A stretch of DNA of 64,000 nt from the human T2T-CHM13v2.0 reference genome, Homo sapiens (GCF_009914755.1 NC_060928.1), one strand, 5' to 3'; shown: positions 17,258 through 31,170, numbered from the stretch's first letter. Notes: generated by a model not told the origin, from the letters alone. Program-made: numbers and translations.

Positions 17258-17775
17258 ATATTGACTATTTATTTACCAACTGCTGTAATGAAACTGCTCC
17301 CAAATTTGATGACAGAAAAACCACTGTTTATTCTCACAATTCTAAACATTGATGGGGGGGTCTTCTCCTGGTCTTGACTAGATTCATCCACAGGTCTGTA
17401 TTCATCTCAAAGACTAGCTGGGCACTAGGCTTGTCCAAGATAGCCTCCTTCAGGAGTCTGGGGCTTCAGTGGGGGAGGCTAGAGTGACCAGATGACCTGG
17501 TCAGGGCACTCCCTCTCTCCACATGCTCTCTCATCTTCCAGGAAGCCAGAAGAAACTTTTTCAGATAGTGGTGGTCTCAATGTTCCAAGAAGGTGGAAGA
17601 GGAAGCCACAGATCTTTAGAGGCATTAGCAATAGAATTTATACATCCCTTCTACAACACTCCATTAAACAAATAAAGTGACAAGGCCAGCCCAAATTCAG
17701 GGTTGGAGAAACAGACTCTAACCTCATGATGAAAGACCTTTAAAGGTATCTGGCCATATTTTTATACCCTACTAT
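17258..17775 (-). mobile_element. MLT1F/G/H-class MaLR LTR
   Basis: acaaggccagcccaaattcagggttggagaaacagactctaacctcatgatg is the reverse of the MLT1F-type 5-prime block. Confidence 0.65.
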
Positions 17776-19759
17776 ATGCATTATTTTTGTTCTGGGAACT
17801 GGATACTTAAACAGAAATCCCTATCTCTGAATAAAAGCAGAATGACATAAACTCTTTACTTAGTTCTCTAAAGAAATTTATGATTAACAAATGCAATCTT
17901 CAGAATATAACTTAAGCTTAATGGCCATGATCTATAAATTCTGTTTAAAGTATTTTTCAAAGAGGTAAGTATGTAGTACACTGACATAAGTATTGGTCTA
18001 TATTAAAACTGTATCAATAACATCTTTTTTTAAAGTGGAAAATATCTCTCTACTGCTTTGCCACTTACAATATATGTGTTCCTGTGTGATGCAAGTTTGT
18101 TCATTTCATATCCAAGCTGGCTTTTTATTTGCAAAGCCGTTCAGCACAGATGACTCTTTAATTGGGTATTTAATAGTGACATTCACAAGGTAAAATCTTA
18201 TGAAGTATATCTCTTATAAGGTTATATTAGGCATGGAATTTGTGGTTTCTATGATATCAGTGAAGTAAATCATTTTGTTCAAACTGGATTTTAGTTACTT
18301 AAAATGTTCCAGTCATGTGTTTTAGAAAATGATTCTACAAAAGTTATGAGAAAGATCACTACTGTTAATACAGGCTCTTCAAAGTAATAGAAAACTCTTT
18401 AAATCAGCATTGTACTGTTATAAGAGAATAAACCCAAAGATATCAACAAAGTAAAATCTGAAGATCACTAAATAGGGATTCCAAACCACTCTATTACAGT
18501 ATCGCACCTTGCAGTAATTGTGTTGCCTTTAACAAGTACCTCATTTTCTACTGTCCTCATTTAAGTATAAGTTCATTCAGATGTCAAAAAAAATATTGTC
18601 TACAAGGTGAGTCATACAGAAATCATAGTTTTTCTCTTGTCATGTAGTTATTTTTTTGCACAATATTTCTCTTGCCATGACTGGGAATACATTTGACATT
18701 TAATATTTTGCCAGAAAATGAATGCTTATATACATAGAGATCCTGAGATAGGGAAATAATTTTTTAAAACTATAGTCAAAACTCTAGTGTAGACCTCAAA
18801 GCTGATTTAGTAATTTGGTAAAAATGTGTCCTGACTCTTAAAATCTATCTAAAAATTTTATTTTCAATAATTAAGACTAAGCATTTCTTCTATTTGTCCT
18901 ACACTAAAAAATAAATAAATAAATATTAAGACTACAACAAGAGGAAATTTTTTTTTGGAGACCTCAAAGCCTTGTCTTTCATCCATTCAAAGAAGAACAA
19001 AAAACTGTAGTACCAGAGTAACATGAAATATAAAAAGAAACTCCAAGCATGTACAAAATAAAGTAATAACTTTATTTTGGGAAGTGTAGGAGTTCACAAA
19101 TTTGAATTGACCCTCAATTTTACTCATTATAAATAACTAGGCTTCAAAACCCATCAAAGTTCCCATATGTAGCTTGTTTTCTACAAATTCTTTTTTCTAT
19201 TTGGAACCACTTTAAAATTACTGACGTGCCTACAAAATTTAAATAAAACAACAAAAAGAAGAAGTTATGTGATACTTGGCTCAGGAGATTGATAAGGCAA
19301 CACAAAGGAGAAGCAGGCACTTTTATTTTAAGGCACTCAATTAACCTACTTTAATCTAAATAGATAATAATTTACACAATATTATAAAGAACCAGAAAAT
19401 CAAACGTTGTGATAGTTTTGCCTAACAGTAATTTTGATGTAACAACTTGTAAAATAATTACTGGTAAGATTGAATAATGTACACATGATAAAGCACATTT
19501 ATTAAAATCATTTTAAAAATAAATTAAGCAGGACTATTTAAAACATAGACATGATGACCAAGGGGGAATGTTGACAAAATTTTAATAATTCTATCTGGAA
19601 AACAAAGTTGCTTTAGGGTGACTGAAATGTTAGAAATAATTAGTATTAGTATTTAGAATAAATCAGTTTCAATTGATAAAATTAAAAATACGAATTTGGC
19701 TATTAGATTAGATACTGAAGTTTTTTCTCATTTTGGAATTAATAGCATTTAAATGAATT

Positions 19760-20040
19760 ACATTCATTTATTTATTCATTTAAAATATTTATAAATACCT
19801 ATTATATGTTAAAACAGTACTAATCACTAACAATTCAGTCATTAACAAAATATGGATAATTTCTGTTCTCAAAGAGCTTATAGCATAGTAGAAGAGACAA
19901 ATAAGAACATTACAACAAAGTTATGTAAGAGTGATGAAATTTCCAGAAAATTGAAATTTCCAGAAAATTGAAATAAGACATCTATCTCAGATTTAATTAT
20001 TCAAAGACAGCTTCCCGAAAGGAGTCATATTAGCTGGTAA
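19760..20040 (-). mobile_element. L2 3-prime fragment
   Basis: cattcatttatttattcatt tail and ctgttctcaaagagcttatagcatagtag. Confidence 0.6.
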
Positions 20041-20058
20041 TAGAAATTGAGTAAGAGA

Positions 20059-20510
<452 letters not shown>

Positions 20511-20736
20511 TCACCAAACAAAAAGCGGAAATAATAGGAATATGACAGATGTTGCCCATACGGGTTCCCCTGCTGTTGGACTATGTAGTAGTAGTATCTT
20601 TCAATATGAGATAGCAGATAATTTAAGAATGAGGAAAAGATCCCCGCTTTAGCTCCATAAAAGAGCAAAATATAACCTGGAATTTCCTAAGAAAAAAATA
20701 CCCATTTGTAAAATGATACAGAATCTATAATGTCAT

Positions 20737-21660
20737 ACATTCACTCGTTCACTCATTTTTTTGAAAATATCAAGTATTTTCTGTGTGTACACACAATTCT
20801 TGGCATTTGACGATACTTCAGTAAACAAATTATACTATCCTGCCCTAATAGAACTTACATTCTCACACTTTCAAGGACAAACAAAGAAAGACATAAAAAT
20901 TAAGTAAATCATATAGTGTTAGAGGGTAATATGTGCTGTGACAAGAATATCGTTAAATGGGATAGGAAAGGTTAGGGTGAGAGAGGTTGTATGTGTGCAT
21001 GTGTGTGGGCATGTGTGCCCACGTGTGTACACATATGCACATAACTTTAAATAGGATGGTCTGAAAACACTTTTGAGAATGTTTGAATGAAAGGTAACAA
21101 TAATGCCAAAGTTGGGAGAAATGTGGATATTTTAGAAAAGATGGTTCTCGGCAGACATAAAAACAAGCATAGAAGTCCTGAGACTGAAACAGTCCTGGAA
21201 AGTTCAATGATTGGCAAAAAAGGCAAATGTACCTGGTAAAGTGAGTGAGTGAGAAAGCATTGGGAGACGAGGTCAGTCAAATAAATGATAAAGTTCCAGA
21301 ACCTGTAGGACTATGTCTCTCATTCTGAGTAAGATGGCGAGTCATTAGAGGGTTTTGAGGAGGGAAGTATCGTCATTTGACACATTTTAAAGAGATCCCT
21401 GTGGCTGCTGTATTAAAAATAAACTGTAGAGATCCAAGAGAGAAAATAAGGACATTCACCAGGGGACTGTTGCAATCTAGTTATGACATAATGGTGGTTT
21501 GGATCAAGGTGTTAGCAATGGAATGGATGACAAACTACTGAATTACAGCTATATTTAGGTGTAGAATAGTTAGAATTCACTGGATGATTAGATGTGGGAT
21601 GTGAGGAGAAAAAGCATCAAAAGTGTTTCCAAGATTACCGAAGCTCTTAAACATTACCTG
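20737..21660 (-). mobile_element. L2a LINE fragment (about 0.9 kb)
   Basis: cattcactcgttcactcatt tail; tcctgccctaatagaacttacattct; gagggttttgag; ggatgattagatgtgggatgtgaggag. Confidence 0.8.
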
Positions 21661-22185
21661 GGAATATCTGATTGTAAGCATAGACTCCTCATCCATGTGG
21701 CTCCTTTTCTTTAAGTTTTTATAGGCCGAAAGTCCTGTTATTAAAGTCAGATACTTAGGATGGAGGCATCCCTTCTGTAGCATTTCCTTTTCGTTCTACA
21801 CAAGCCACCCCACTGCACTTGAGCATATAGTTGTCCCACATGAATTTCCCACATCTGGGAACAGAAAGCAAGAAATGAGACACAGAAAAAGTGATAGCCC
21901 CTTAATTACCATTTGGACAAAAGAAGTGGTTATTTAAAAATACACAAGAAAGATGGCAATAAAGCAGAATGAAACCTGACTCTTTTATTTGTCTTCCAAT
22001 GGACCACCTCCATAACAAACCAAAGTACAAAGAGATTACTTTGTTTTCTACTCAGCAGAATGAGCAAGGAAAAAAGATAGGGTGCCAGCCAGTCAGAATG
22101 ACATATATAAAGACCAGAAAGCAAAAGAGAGTTTGTCTGCTCAGAGAATAAACCAGTCATTATGATGATTAAAGGTATTCCAACA

Positions 22186-23200
22186 GTGGTAGATTTATTG
22201 CAAAACTGGCCCCAATTCTCCACCCCTGTCAATTTCTAGGCCATTTGTCATGTGATTTTTGTAGCTTCTCCCATTAAGGGTGGAATACTTGGATTTCCCA
22301 CCATTTGAATCTGAACTGATCTTTTGACTAATTACAGCCAGTAGAAAGTAGTGCATGTAATGACATGCTATTTCTCTTAGTAACTTGACTTTACAAGAGA
22401 CAAGCCTGAGCCAGCCTGCTGCAGGTTGAAAGACCATAAGGAGAAAAATTCAGTTATCTCAACGAAAGCCATCCTAAATCAGTCAGTGTGCTGATCTTCA
22501 GATGCATAAGAGAGTCTAGATCACTTCCACAGAGCCATTGTTGTAGGCATAATAATGGCCCTCCAAAGACGTCTGTTTACTAATTCACAGAACATCTGGA
22601 TATGTAACATTACATGACAAATGGGAATTAAAGTTGCAGATAGAATAAAGTTTGCTAATTAGCAGACAGGAAAATTACCCTGAATTATCTGGGTGGGCCC
22701 AATGTAATAACAAGGGTAAAAAGAAGTGAAGAGGGGGGCTGAAGATGAGGTCAGGGCGAAGCAATGTAAACATTTGAGCCATCATTGCTAGCTTTGAAGG
22801 TGGAAGAAGAGGACCAGCAGCCAAATGCATCTTTCCTCTAGAACCTAGAAAGGACAGTAAATGAATTATGCCCTAGAACCTCCGAAGAGAAACACAGTCC
22901 TGCTGACACCTCGATTTTAGTCAGAGAAGATACTACTGGACTTCCAACTTACAGAATTTATGATAATAAATCCATGTTGTTTAAGCCACAAAGTATGTGG
23001 TAATTTGTTACAGCAGCCATAGGGAATAAATGTAGTTACCTATCCAACCTGCATCTGGCTGTATATACATATTTATCAAGTAAGCCAGCTGAGGAAAGAT
23101 GGAACACCTAATAGATATATAGACACATGAGCAAAAATAAATGGTTATTGTTTTAGGTCACTGAGATTTTGAGATGGTTTGTTACATATCACATAGCCAA
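22186..23200 (+). mobile_element. MLT1F/G/H-class LTR split by a nested MLT1D
   Basis: gtggtagatttattgc start; resumes after about 23035 and ends with aataaatggttattgttttaggtcactgagattttg. Confidence 0.65.
22540..23034 (+). mobile_element. MLT1D MaLR LTR (nested)
   Basis: aataatggccctccaaag, attaaagttgcagatagaat, tatctgggtgggcccaatgtaat, gtttaagccac...tttgttacagcagccatagg. Confidence 0.8.
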
Positions 23201-23344
23201 GCATGCTTTTGGAATAAAATGTCACAATATATATTTTTTCAAAGTGAGAAAGATTCTAGGGCAGAACTTTGAGTAATAGAAATCTATAAATTGATGAGAA
23301 ATATAAAATAATTTATAAAATAAACTGGAAAAATAGCCAGGGGG

Positions 23345-23586
23345 GAGATATATATCATACACACATATGGTATGTATACACACACACACACCTACACATA
23401 TATACAGACACACACCTTTATATATATATATAATATATATATTATATATTATATATATATGTAAAATATATATAATATATATATTATATATTATATATAT
23501 ATGTAAAATATATATAACATATATACATATATATGTAAAATATATATAATATATATAATATATATATAAAATATATATATATATAA
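23345..23586. repeat. (CA)n/(TA)n-rich low-complexity tract with a 42-bp internal period
   Basis: gtaaaata anchors at 23461, 23503 and 23535 within TA repeats. Confidence 0.9.
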
Positions 23587-23739
23587 AACAAGGTTTGGAT
23601 GTTCCAGAAGCAAAGGTTATGATTCATGAAGACAGCTTAAGTACTAATAGACAAGCTTTCACAAAACGCTTATGAACTAACACAAAATTACACAAAAATA
23701 CTGCATGTGGGCAAGAAAACATGCTAAGATTTAATCCCT

Positions 23740-24205
23740 AAATCCATTCCATTTACTCTCCATTTTGTCACAGTTACAAAGTTTTGATGGGATTGACTCT
23801 ACATCTGGGGCCCTGTGGAGTTCCATGGGGAAGTCTGTGGGGAAGGAGCCAGCTTCATCACAGTGATAGGTTTCGTGGTAAGCACTATCTTAAACGGGCC
23901 CTTGAGTGTGAAGTCTAGGACTTTTAGCTGATGAACGGAGGAAGAGAAGTTTCCTTTCCTTCTGGATGATGTGGTATGCATATGTGAAGTCTGTAATTGC
24001 TCCAGCCATTTTGCTATTATGGTAGAACTTCAGCTTGAGGTAAAGTTGGTGAAGAAGAAGGTCAAGTTCTGCAAATTTCAGAAATGAAGCCAGACCCATA
24101 ATCAAAGTGTTCCTGGAACTGGTGATTTTCAATGATAAAATATATTCTCTGTATTGTTTAAGTACATTCTGGTTAAATTTATGCTACTCGCAGCTTCTAG
24201 ACTGC
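23740..24205 (+). mobile_element. MLT1J/K-class old MaLR LTR
   Basis: ccagccattttgctattatgg and ttgtttaagtacattctggtt...tactcgcagc are typical of old MLT1 ends. Confidence 0.55.
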
Positions 24206-25052
24206 TGTAGGGTCAGAAAACTATGAATTTAAATCTCTGGCCTATTAACTAGGGTGCAAAATAGGTATTCAAGTTATGTATTCCAAATGATTAGTATGAG
24301 GTGTAAAATGATGATGAGTAATGCTCTTTATTGTTTGTATTTTAGAAAGTATTAGTAAAAGGTGATTTATATAGGGCAATTAAAAACAAAAACAATGTTC
24401 AAAGTAGAAGAAAGCTGAGACACCTTTAGCATCTCAGAGCAAAAGGGCAGAGTTGGACGCCAGCAAGGAGTATAAGGGCCACTTAATAGCTCTTTGGAAA
24501 GAGGATCAGATTCAGGAGAAAAACACAGATTTTGTCTCTGTTTCTAATTTAACACAAAAAAATTAGATATTTCTGTAATAAATGTACTTAACATATCCAT
24601 ATAAAATTTAGGACAATTTGGCATGTTGTAATACATTTTTTGCTATAATCATCATCATTATCAGCATAAAACAAATTTAAAGAATATGTAAGAATTTTAA
24701 GATGAATCTGGATTAAATATCTTAAAAATCTGTTCACTTAGTAAGAAAAAACATGTATACACTACTGTGTGCGCACAAAAATTGTTAGAAGATAAATAAA
24801 ATAAAAGTTCATAGCCACCTCCCCCAGAAAAAGCCAAAATAGCCATTAGGCTTTAAAAAAGAAAAGAAAATCAAAGGAGAGTAGATTGCTATTAAACCAG
24901 AGTCTAGTTGAACCATTAATGTGATACCCTAACAAAATAAACAAGAGTTATTTTCCATGACATTCATGGTTAGTCTTTATAATAAAGTTAATACAATGTT
25001 GAGCCCAGGAACTTCATCTCATGTGGCAGTAACTGAAGAAGTCTGTGAAGAG

Positions 25053-25367
25053 TTTTCTTTTCCTTTCTTTGTTTTTTTTTTTTTTCTTAAGACAGAGTCT
25101 CGCTCTGTCACCCAGGCTGGAGTGCAGTGGCATGATCTTGGCTCACTGCAACCTCTGCCTCCAGGTTCAAGTGATTATCCCACCTCAGCCTCCCGAGTAG
25201 CTGGGATTACAGGTGTGTGCCACCATGCCTGGCTAATTTCTATATTTTTACTAGAGACAGGATTTTACCATGTTGTCCAGGCTAGTCTGAAACTCCTGGC
25301 CTCAAGTGATCCATCTGCCTCAGCCACCCAAAGTACTGGCATTACACGTGTGAACCACCACACCTGG
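25053..25367 (-). mobile_element. Alu (AluJb/Sz class)
   Basis: T-rich tail then gacagagtctcgctctgtcacccaggctgg...ccaccacacctgg. Confidence 0.93.
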
Positions 25368-25673
25368 TGAAGATTTTCCTAAATATATAATAGTAGAACA
25401 TGTATTTTATCTGCTGTCTTGTAATAACCATGTACATGAATACCATCTCTCTCTATTAAAGATAGCACAGTGACATATAGAGTTGGATATTTTTCTTTAA
25501 AGGCGATAAAGTAATGGTAAGGCAGAAATAATGATGAAGCAAGATAAGATAATGAAAAATTCTTTAGGAAGCAAAGAATACAGTAAGTCTACATGAAATT
25601 TAAGGTCACTATCAATTATGTTACATATGCGACTTCACAGTTTTGAAGAACAAGCCACTAATATTTGCAGTCC

Positions 25674-26086
25674 TGTTAAAGCAAACTAAATATGGCCTGA
25701 GAAGCACTGTGTACTTCTATATTTGAGCCCTTGTGGATGAACTGTAACCTAACTTAATAGATAGACAATATTGAAACCCTAAATTAGGAGTATGTGCCTA
25801 TAACAATATCTGAATTTTGGCAAATCCCAGCAGCCATACACTGCTGTATTCAAACTGTGTTCAAATAAGGCAAACACTGAGCAGAACCAATCCAGCTGTT
25901 TCTGTACCTCATGTCCAATATCTATACATCAGTTCCTTTCTTTGTCTATACATTTGTTCTGATCATGAGGCATCCTTGGAGTCCCTCTGAATCTGCTGTG
26001 ATTCTGGGGGCTGCCCGATTTGCAAATTGTTCATTGCTCAATTACACTCCTTTAAATTTAATTTGGATGAAGTTTTTCTTTTAACA
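25674..26086 (+). mobile_element. MER57A-type ERV1 solo LTR
   Basis: tgttaaagcaaactaaatatggcctgagaag...gtttttcttttaaca; perfect 4-bp TSD gtcc at 25670-25673 and 26087-26090. Confidence 0.88.
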
Positions 26087-26304
26087 GTCCTAACTCCTAG
26101 AAAAACAGACATAAATCTCATAAACAAGGGCATATCTACCTTCTTTCTGATGGATACCAATGCCAACATCATATTGGGAAATGTTTAAAATTATTCAGTC
26201 TTTGAAACCATTTATTCTCATAAAATTTAATTGTCTAAAATGGATGAAAACAAAAATAAATCACTGTTACCACCCATATCACTAACAACTTGAAAATCTT
26301 AATA

Positions 26305-28735
26305 ATTATTTTTATGTCAACTTTTATTTAGGTTCATGTGGTATATGTTCAGGTTTGTTGCATGGGTATTGTATTAGTCTGTTTTTACACTTCTATAAAG
26401 ATACTACCTGAGACTGGGTGATTCATAAACAAAAGAGGCTTAATTGACTTACAGTTCCACATGGCTGGGAAGGTCTCAGGAAACTTAAAATCATAGTGGA
26501 AAGGAAGCAGATTTGTCTTGCATGGTGGCAGGTGACAGAGAGAGAGAGCAAGAGCAGGGAAAACTGCTTATAAAACCAACATATCTCATGATAGATTTTT
26601 CATCACTCACTATCACAAGAAAGCATGGAGGAAACTGCCCCCATGATCCAATCACCTCCCACCTGCTCTCTCCTTTGACATGTAGGGATTATGGGGATTA
26701 TAATTGAAGATGAGATTTCGGTGGGAACACAGAGCCAAACCATATCATTCTTTCCCTGGCCCCTCCCAAATCTAATGTCCTCACTTTTCAAAACACAATC
26801 ATGCCTTCTCAACAGTCCCCCCAAATCTTAACTCATTACACCAAATTAACCAGCGATAACCCAAAAGTGCATAGTCCAAAGTCTCATCTGAGACAAGACA
26901 AGTCCCTTCCACCTAGGAGGCTGTAAAATCAAAAGCTAGTTAGTTCCTCCCAAGATACAATGGGGATACAGGCATTGGATACATGCTCTCATTCCAAATG
27001 GGAGAAATTGACCGAACGAAGGGGCCACAGGTCCCAGGCATGTCTGAAATCCAGCAGGGCAGTCATCAAATCTTAAAGCTACAAAATCATCTCCTTGAGT
27101 CCCTGTCTCACATCTGGAGCACACTGATGCCAAAGGTGGGCTCTTATAGCTTTGGGAAGCTCCTTCATGGGTTGGCATTGAGTGCCTCTGGCTTTTCCAG
27201 ATACAGGGTGCAAATTGTTGGTGGATCTACCATTCTGGGGTCTGAAGTGGCCCTCTTCTCATAGATCCACTAGCCAGTTCCCCAGTGGGGACACTGTGTG
27301 GGTGCTCCGACCCCACATTTCCCTTCTGAGGTTTTCCATGAGGGTTCTGCCCTTACAGCAGACTTCTGCCTGGATATCTAGAAGTTTCCATACATCCTCT
27401 GAAATCTAGGTTCCCAAACCTCAATTCTTGACTTCTGTGCACCTGCAGGCCCACCAGCACGTGGAAGCCGCTAAGGCTTGGGGCTTGCACCCTCTGAAGC
27501 AATGGTGCAAGCTGTACCTTGGCACCTTTTAGCCACAGCTGGAGCTGGAGCAGCTGGGACATAGGACACCAAGTGCCACAGTTGCACAGAGCAGGGGCCC
27601 CTGGGCCTGGCCCACAAAACCTGGCCCACAAAACCTGGCCCTTCTCTTCACAAGCCAGGAGACTTAGGAGAGAAGGGCTGCTCCAAATTCTCTGACAGGC
27701 CCTGGACACATTTTCCCCACTGTCTTTGCAATTAACATCGAGTTCCTTGTTACTATGCAAATTTATGCAGCCGGCTTGAATTTCTCCCGAGAAAATGGGT
27801 TTTTCTTTTCTATCACATCATCAGGCTGCAAATTTTCCAAACTTTTATGCTCTGCTTCCCTTTTAAACATAAATTCCAGTTTCAGGTCATCTCTCTCAAG
27901 TTCAAAGTTCCACAGATATCTAGGGCAGAGGCAAAATGCCACCAATCTCTTTGCTAAAGCATAGCAAGAATGACCTTTTCTCCAGTTCCCAACAAGGTCC
28001 TCATCTCCATCTGTGACCACCTCATACTGGACTTCATTGTCCATATCACTATCAGCATTTTGGTCAAAAAACATTCAAGTCTCTAGGAAGTTCCAAGCTT
28101 CCCTACATCTTACCTTCGTCTTCTGAGCCCTTCAAACGATGCCAACCTCTGCCTGTTACCCAGGTCCAAAGTTACTTTCACATTTTCAGGTATCCTTATA
28201 GAGGTACCCCGCTCTCTGAAGTACCAATTTCCTTTATTAAACCATTCTCACACTTCTATAAAGATACTACCCAAGAGTGGGTAATGTATAAACAAAGGAG
28301 GTTTAATTGACTCACAGTTCTTCATAGCTGGGAGGCCTCAGGAAAGTTACAATTTTGGCAGAAGAAGAAACAGACACATCTTAAACGGTGACAGGCAAAA
28401 CAGAGAGAGAGCAAGTGCAGGAAAAACTGCCTGATAAAACCATTGGATCTCATGAGAACTCACTCAATATCACAAGAACAACATGGGGGAAACTGGCCCC
28501 ATGATACAATCACCTCCCACCTGGTCTCTCCCTTGACACATGGGGATTATGGGGATTACAATTGAAGATGAGATTTATGTGGGGACACAGATCCAAACCA
28601 TATCACTTATATTATGTAATGCTGAGGTTTAGGGTACAAATGATCCCGTAGTGAACAAACATCACCCAAGTAGTGATCATAGTACCCGACAGGTAGTTTT
28701 TGAAACCCTTTTCTCCCTTTCCCATTAGTAGTCCT
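26305..28735 (-). mobile_element. Old L1PA/L1PB 3-prime end split by the THE1 insertion (pieces about 26305-26369 and 28606-28735)
   Basis: caggtttgttgcatgggtat continues as attatgtaatgctgaggtttagggtacaaatgatcccg after the THE1 element. Confidence 0.75.
26370..28605 (-). mobile_element. Two-LTR THE1D-type MaLR element (LTRs 26370-26747 and 28233-28605, internal about 1.5 kb)
   Basis: Two homologous LTRs each ending ...ccaaaccatatca, flanking THE1-int sequence (ccaaagtctcatctgagacaag; gtaccaattt junction); ORF 27763-28074 is the decayed MaLR internal ORF. Confidence 0.92.
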
Positions 28736-28854
28736 CATTACTCTTTCAATGTTTTGTAAGGGCTTTTTTTTTTTTTGTCTGAAATAGAAATATTTCCTTT
28801 AATATCTATAGCATATTGAGGATTAAGTACATGTATAAGAAATGAATTCTTTTT

Positions 28855-29060
28855 ACACTTGGACACAGGAAGGGGGACATCACACACCGGGGCCTGTTGT
28901 GGGGTGGGGGGAGAGGGGAGGGATAGCATTAGGAGATATACCTAATGCTAAATGACGAGTTAATGGGTGCAGCACACCAACATGGCACATGTATACATAT
29001 GTAACAAACCTGCACATTGTGCACATGTACCCTAGAACTTAAAGTATAACAATAATAATA
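28855..29060 (+). mobile_element. L1PA 3-prime terminal fragment (about 200 bp)
   Basis: L1 3-prime UTR with G-rich tract; perfect TSD aagaaatgaattcttttta at 28837-28855 and 29061-29079. Confidence 0.95.
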
Positions 29061-30939
29061 AAGAAATGAATTCTTTTTAATATGAATATACTGTAGATGA
29101 CAGAAAAAATAACTGAAGATTAATAATTCATTAGATAATGAGAGTTTTCATCTTCAAACGTCATTTACTATTTTATTAGTGAAGAAATAAAGAGTATTTA
29201 AAAAATAAACACAAGCTCTATAAATCATATACATTAAATAGGCAGATACAACCAAAGCAAATAAAATTCACTGTTAGAATAATGTTATATTTATATTTTG
29301 TTCATACCACAAGTCTAGAGGAAACTATTTACTGAGTTATAATGTAAGCATCAGTTTGCAGAACAGGTCATATCCTCAGGCCTTCTAGGCTTGAAGAGTC
29401 AATAAACTATCCTCTATTTTCTTACTAATGGAGGAAAATTCGAAAATGTAAGATCAAAAAGCCACCATTCAAAGTATGTTTTGTCTAATCAAAAACATTT
29501 CACATCTTCAAAAAACCTCCTCAAGCTAGATGCTTGTTCTGATAAAGAAGATATTGGTGTTTTGCAGCCAAACTACAAAATAGCTAAGTTGCTTTGACTA
29601 TTTCAGTAATGTATCCAATGAACGGTTAATTATTAATAAAATCAAATGGAATAAATAAAAATGCTCCCAAAAGTCAATCTTAAAATATTTCTTTACTCAT
29701 TTCATTTTATGTTAATATATCATTTAACAATAGGTCTTCATCAATAAAGATCGATTATGCTGGCATTGAGACTCCCCAAACAACTCACGACCTTTTAAAT
29801 AGACATAAGAGCTGTTGCAAAATGGTTTGTCATCTATTTTTAATAATTGCATTTCCATACCATGACTAAGTGGATTTGAGTAAATGCTTTCACAGATGTG
29901 TACATTTGATAAAGGAGGCAAAATAGAGACTAAAAAAGATAGCGTAAACAAGTCAATCTATATTGTCACTCAAAGGTAATAGATTTGATGCTATTACTAT
30001 TGAGTTCAATGCCCAACGGCCATTCATTCATTTCTGTTTTATTTTATTAGCCTTTATTATTCAATTTTTTAATTCTTCAGAGGGGGAATAGAATACTCTA
30101 AAGACGATGCATGCTTTTGACTAGCTTAATATCTTTAAAAATGTTCAATTGAGTATAACGAATGCAGAAGGTGCTGAATAAATACTTCATGTGTGAATGC
30201 ATGGCAATCAATTTCATAAAATCACATGAACAAGTTATTTCAACATGCTGCATAAAAAATCCTTCTTTCCTCTAAGTGAACTTTGTTTAGAATCTAATAA
30301 AGGACTCATGCATATGCTTGATTTAAACATAACTTTGCCTCTCTGGGTTCAGTGTTATACTACATCTACACAGCACACTAAGAAGATGTATATGATTTCA
30401 ACCACTGGGAAGGCTTTAAGAACTGTGTTCCCTAGGAATAGTAATAAAGGGGAGTGAAACCTCAGCATGAGGTTTTAAGAAAATTGATAATCTATGCATA
30501 TCAATTTACAATATGCATTTTTAACAAATAAATTCATAGCATGTATGCCAATGAGAAGAATGATTGAACAGTTCAATAACTGAGCTGCTCTGATTATGAG
30601 CTAAGCCACACGAATGTTTGATGAATTTCTCAGTTAATAGATTGTTGACCACGTTTACATTGAATAGCAAATCTGTTTGCAACCAGATTTGACACGAAAT
30701 AGTAGAGTTTAAAACTAGTTTCTAGGTGAGCAGTGGGCAGAATAGAGCTCACAGGTGAGACAGAAAGAAGATAGCATTAACAAAATCATTGCTGGTGCAA
30801 AAATAGACTATCAGCAGGTATTTTGTACAGAGCATTTGGGCAAACTGACATCAAACAACCCTGATTAAGGGTGTCACCATTTCCCTAGAGAAAAGAGATA
30901 GAAAATAAATATCAGAACTTCCTACAAATGTAATTTTTT

Positions 30940-31002
30940 TTCAGAATGTCAGACAAACACTCCCTGCATCAAAATCACTGAGAGAGAGAGAGAGAGAGAG
31001 AG

Positions 31003-31041
<39 letters not shown>

Positions 31042-31170
31042 AAATATGCAGATTATTGGCCCCTACATTGTATATACTAAATCATAAATTCAGGGCATGG
31101 AGTCCATGAAAATGCATTGTAACAAACAGACAGGTAATTCTTAAAACCACTAAAGATTGAAAATACTGTG
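30940..31170. mobile_element. MER5-like hAT DNA transposon containing a microsatellite
   Basis: ctgcatcaaaatcactg...ttaaaatatgcagattattggcccc...ctaaagattgaaaatactg. Confidence 0.55.
30980..31039. repeat. Compound (GA)n(GT)n microsatellite
   Basis: Directly visible. Confidence 0.97.

Noticed and set aside
19935-19974. Short tandem duplications (17 bp here; also 14 bp at 27606-27641 and 16 bp near 49132-49163) considered as array-like repeats
   Set aside because: Two-copy slippage duplications without spacers; no CRISPR-like or regular array in this eukaryotic DNA.
23760-24150. Higher-GC stretch that first looked like a processed pseudogene
   Set aside because: No coherent protein, poly-A or TSD; motifs fit an old MLT1 LTR.
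26936-28074. Cluster of 70-135 aa ORFs in a more GC-rich segment
   Set aside because: Decayed THE1 internal sequence; no intact ORF.
28899-28923. G-quadruplex-like G-rich run
   Set aside because: Standard feature of L1 3-prime UTRs.
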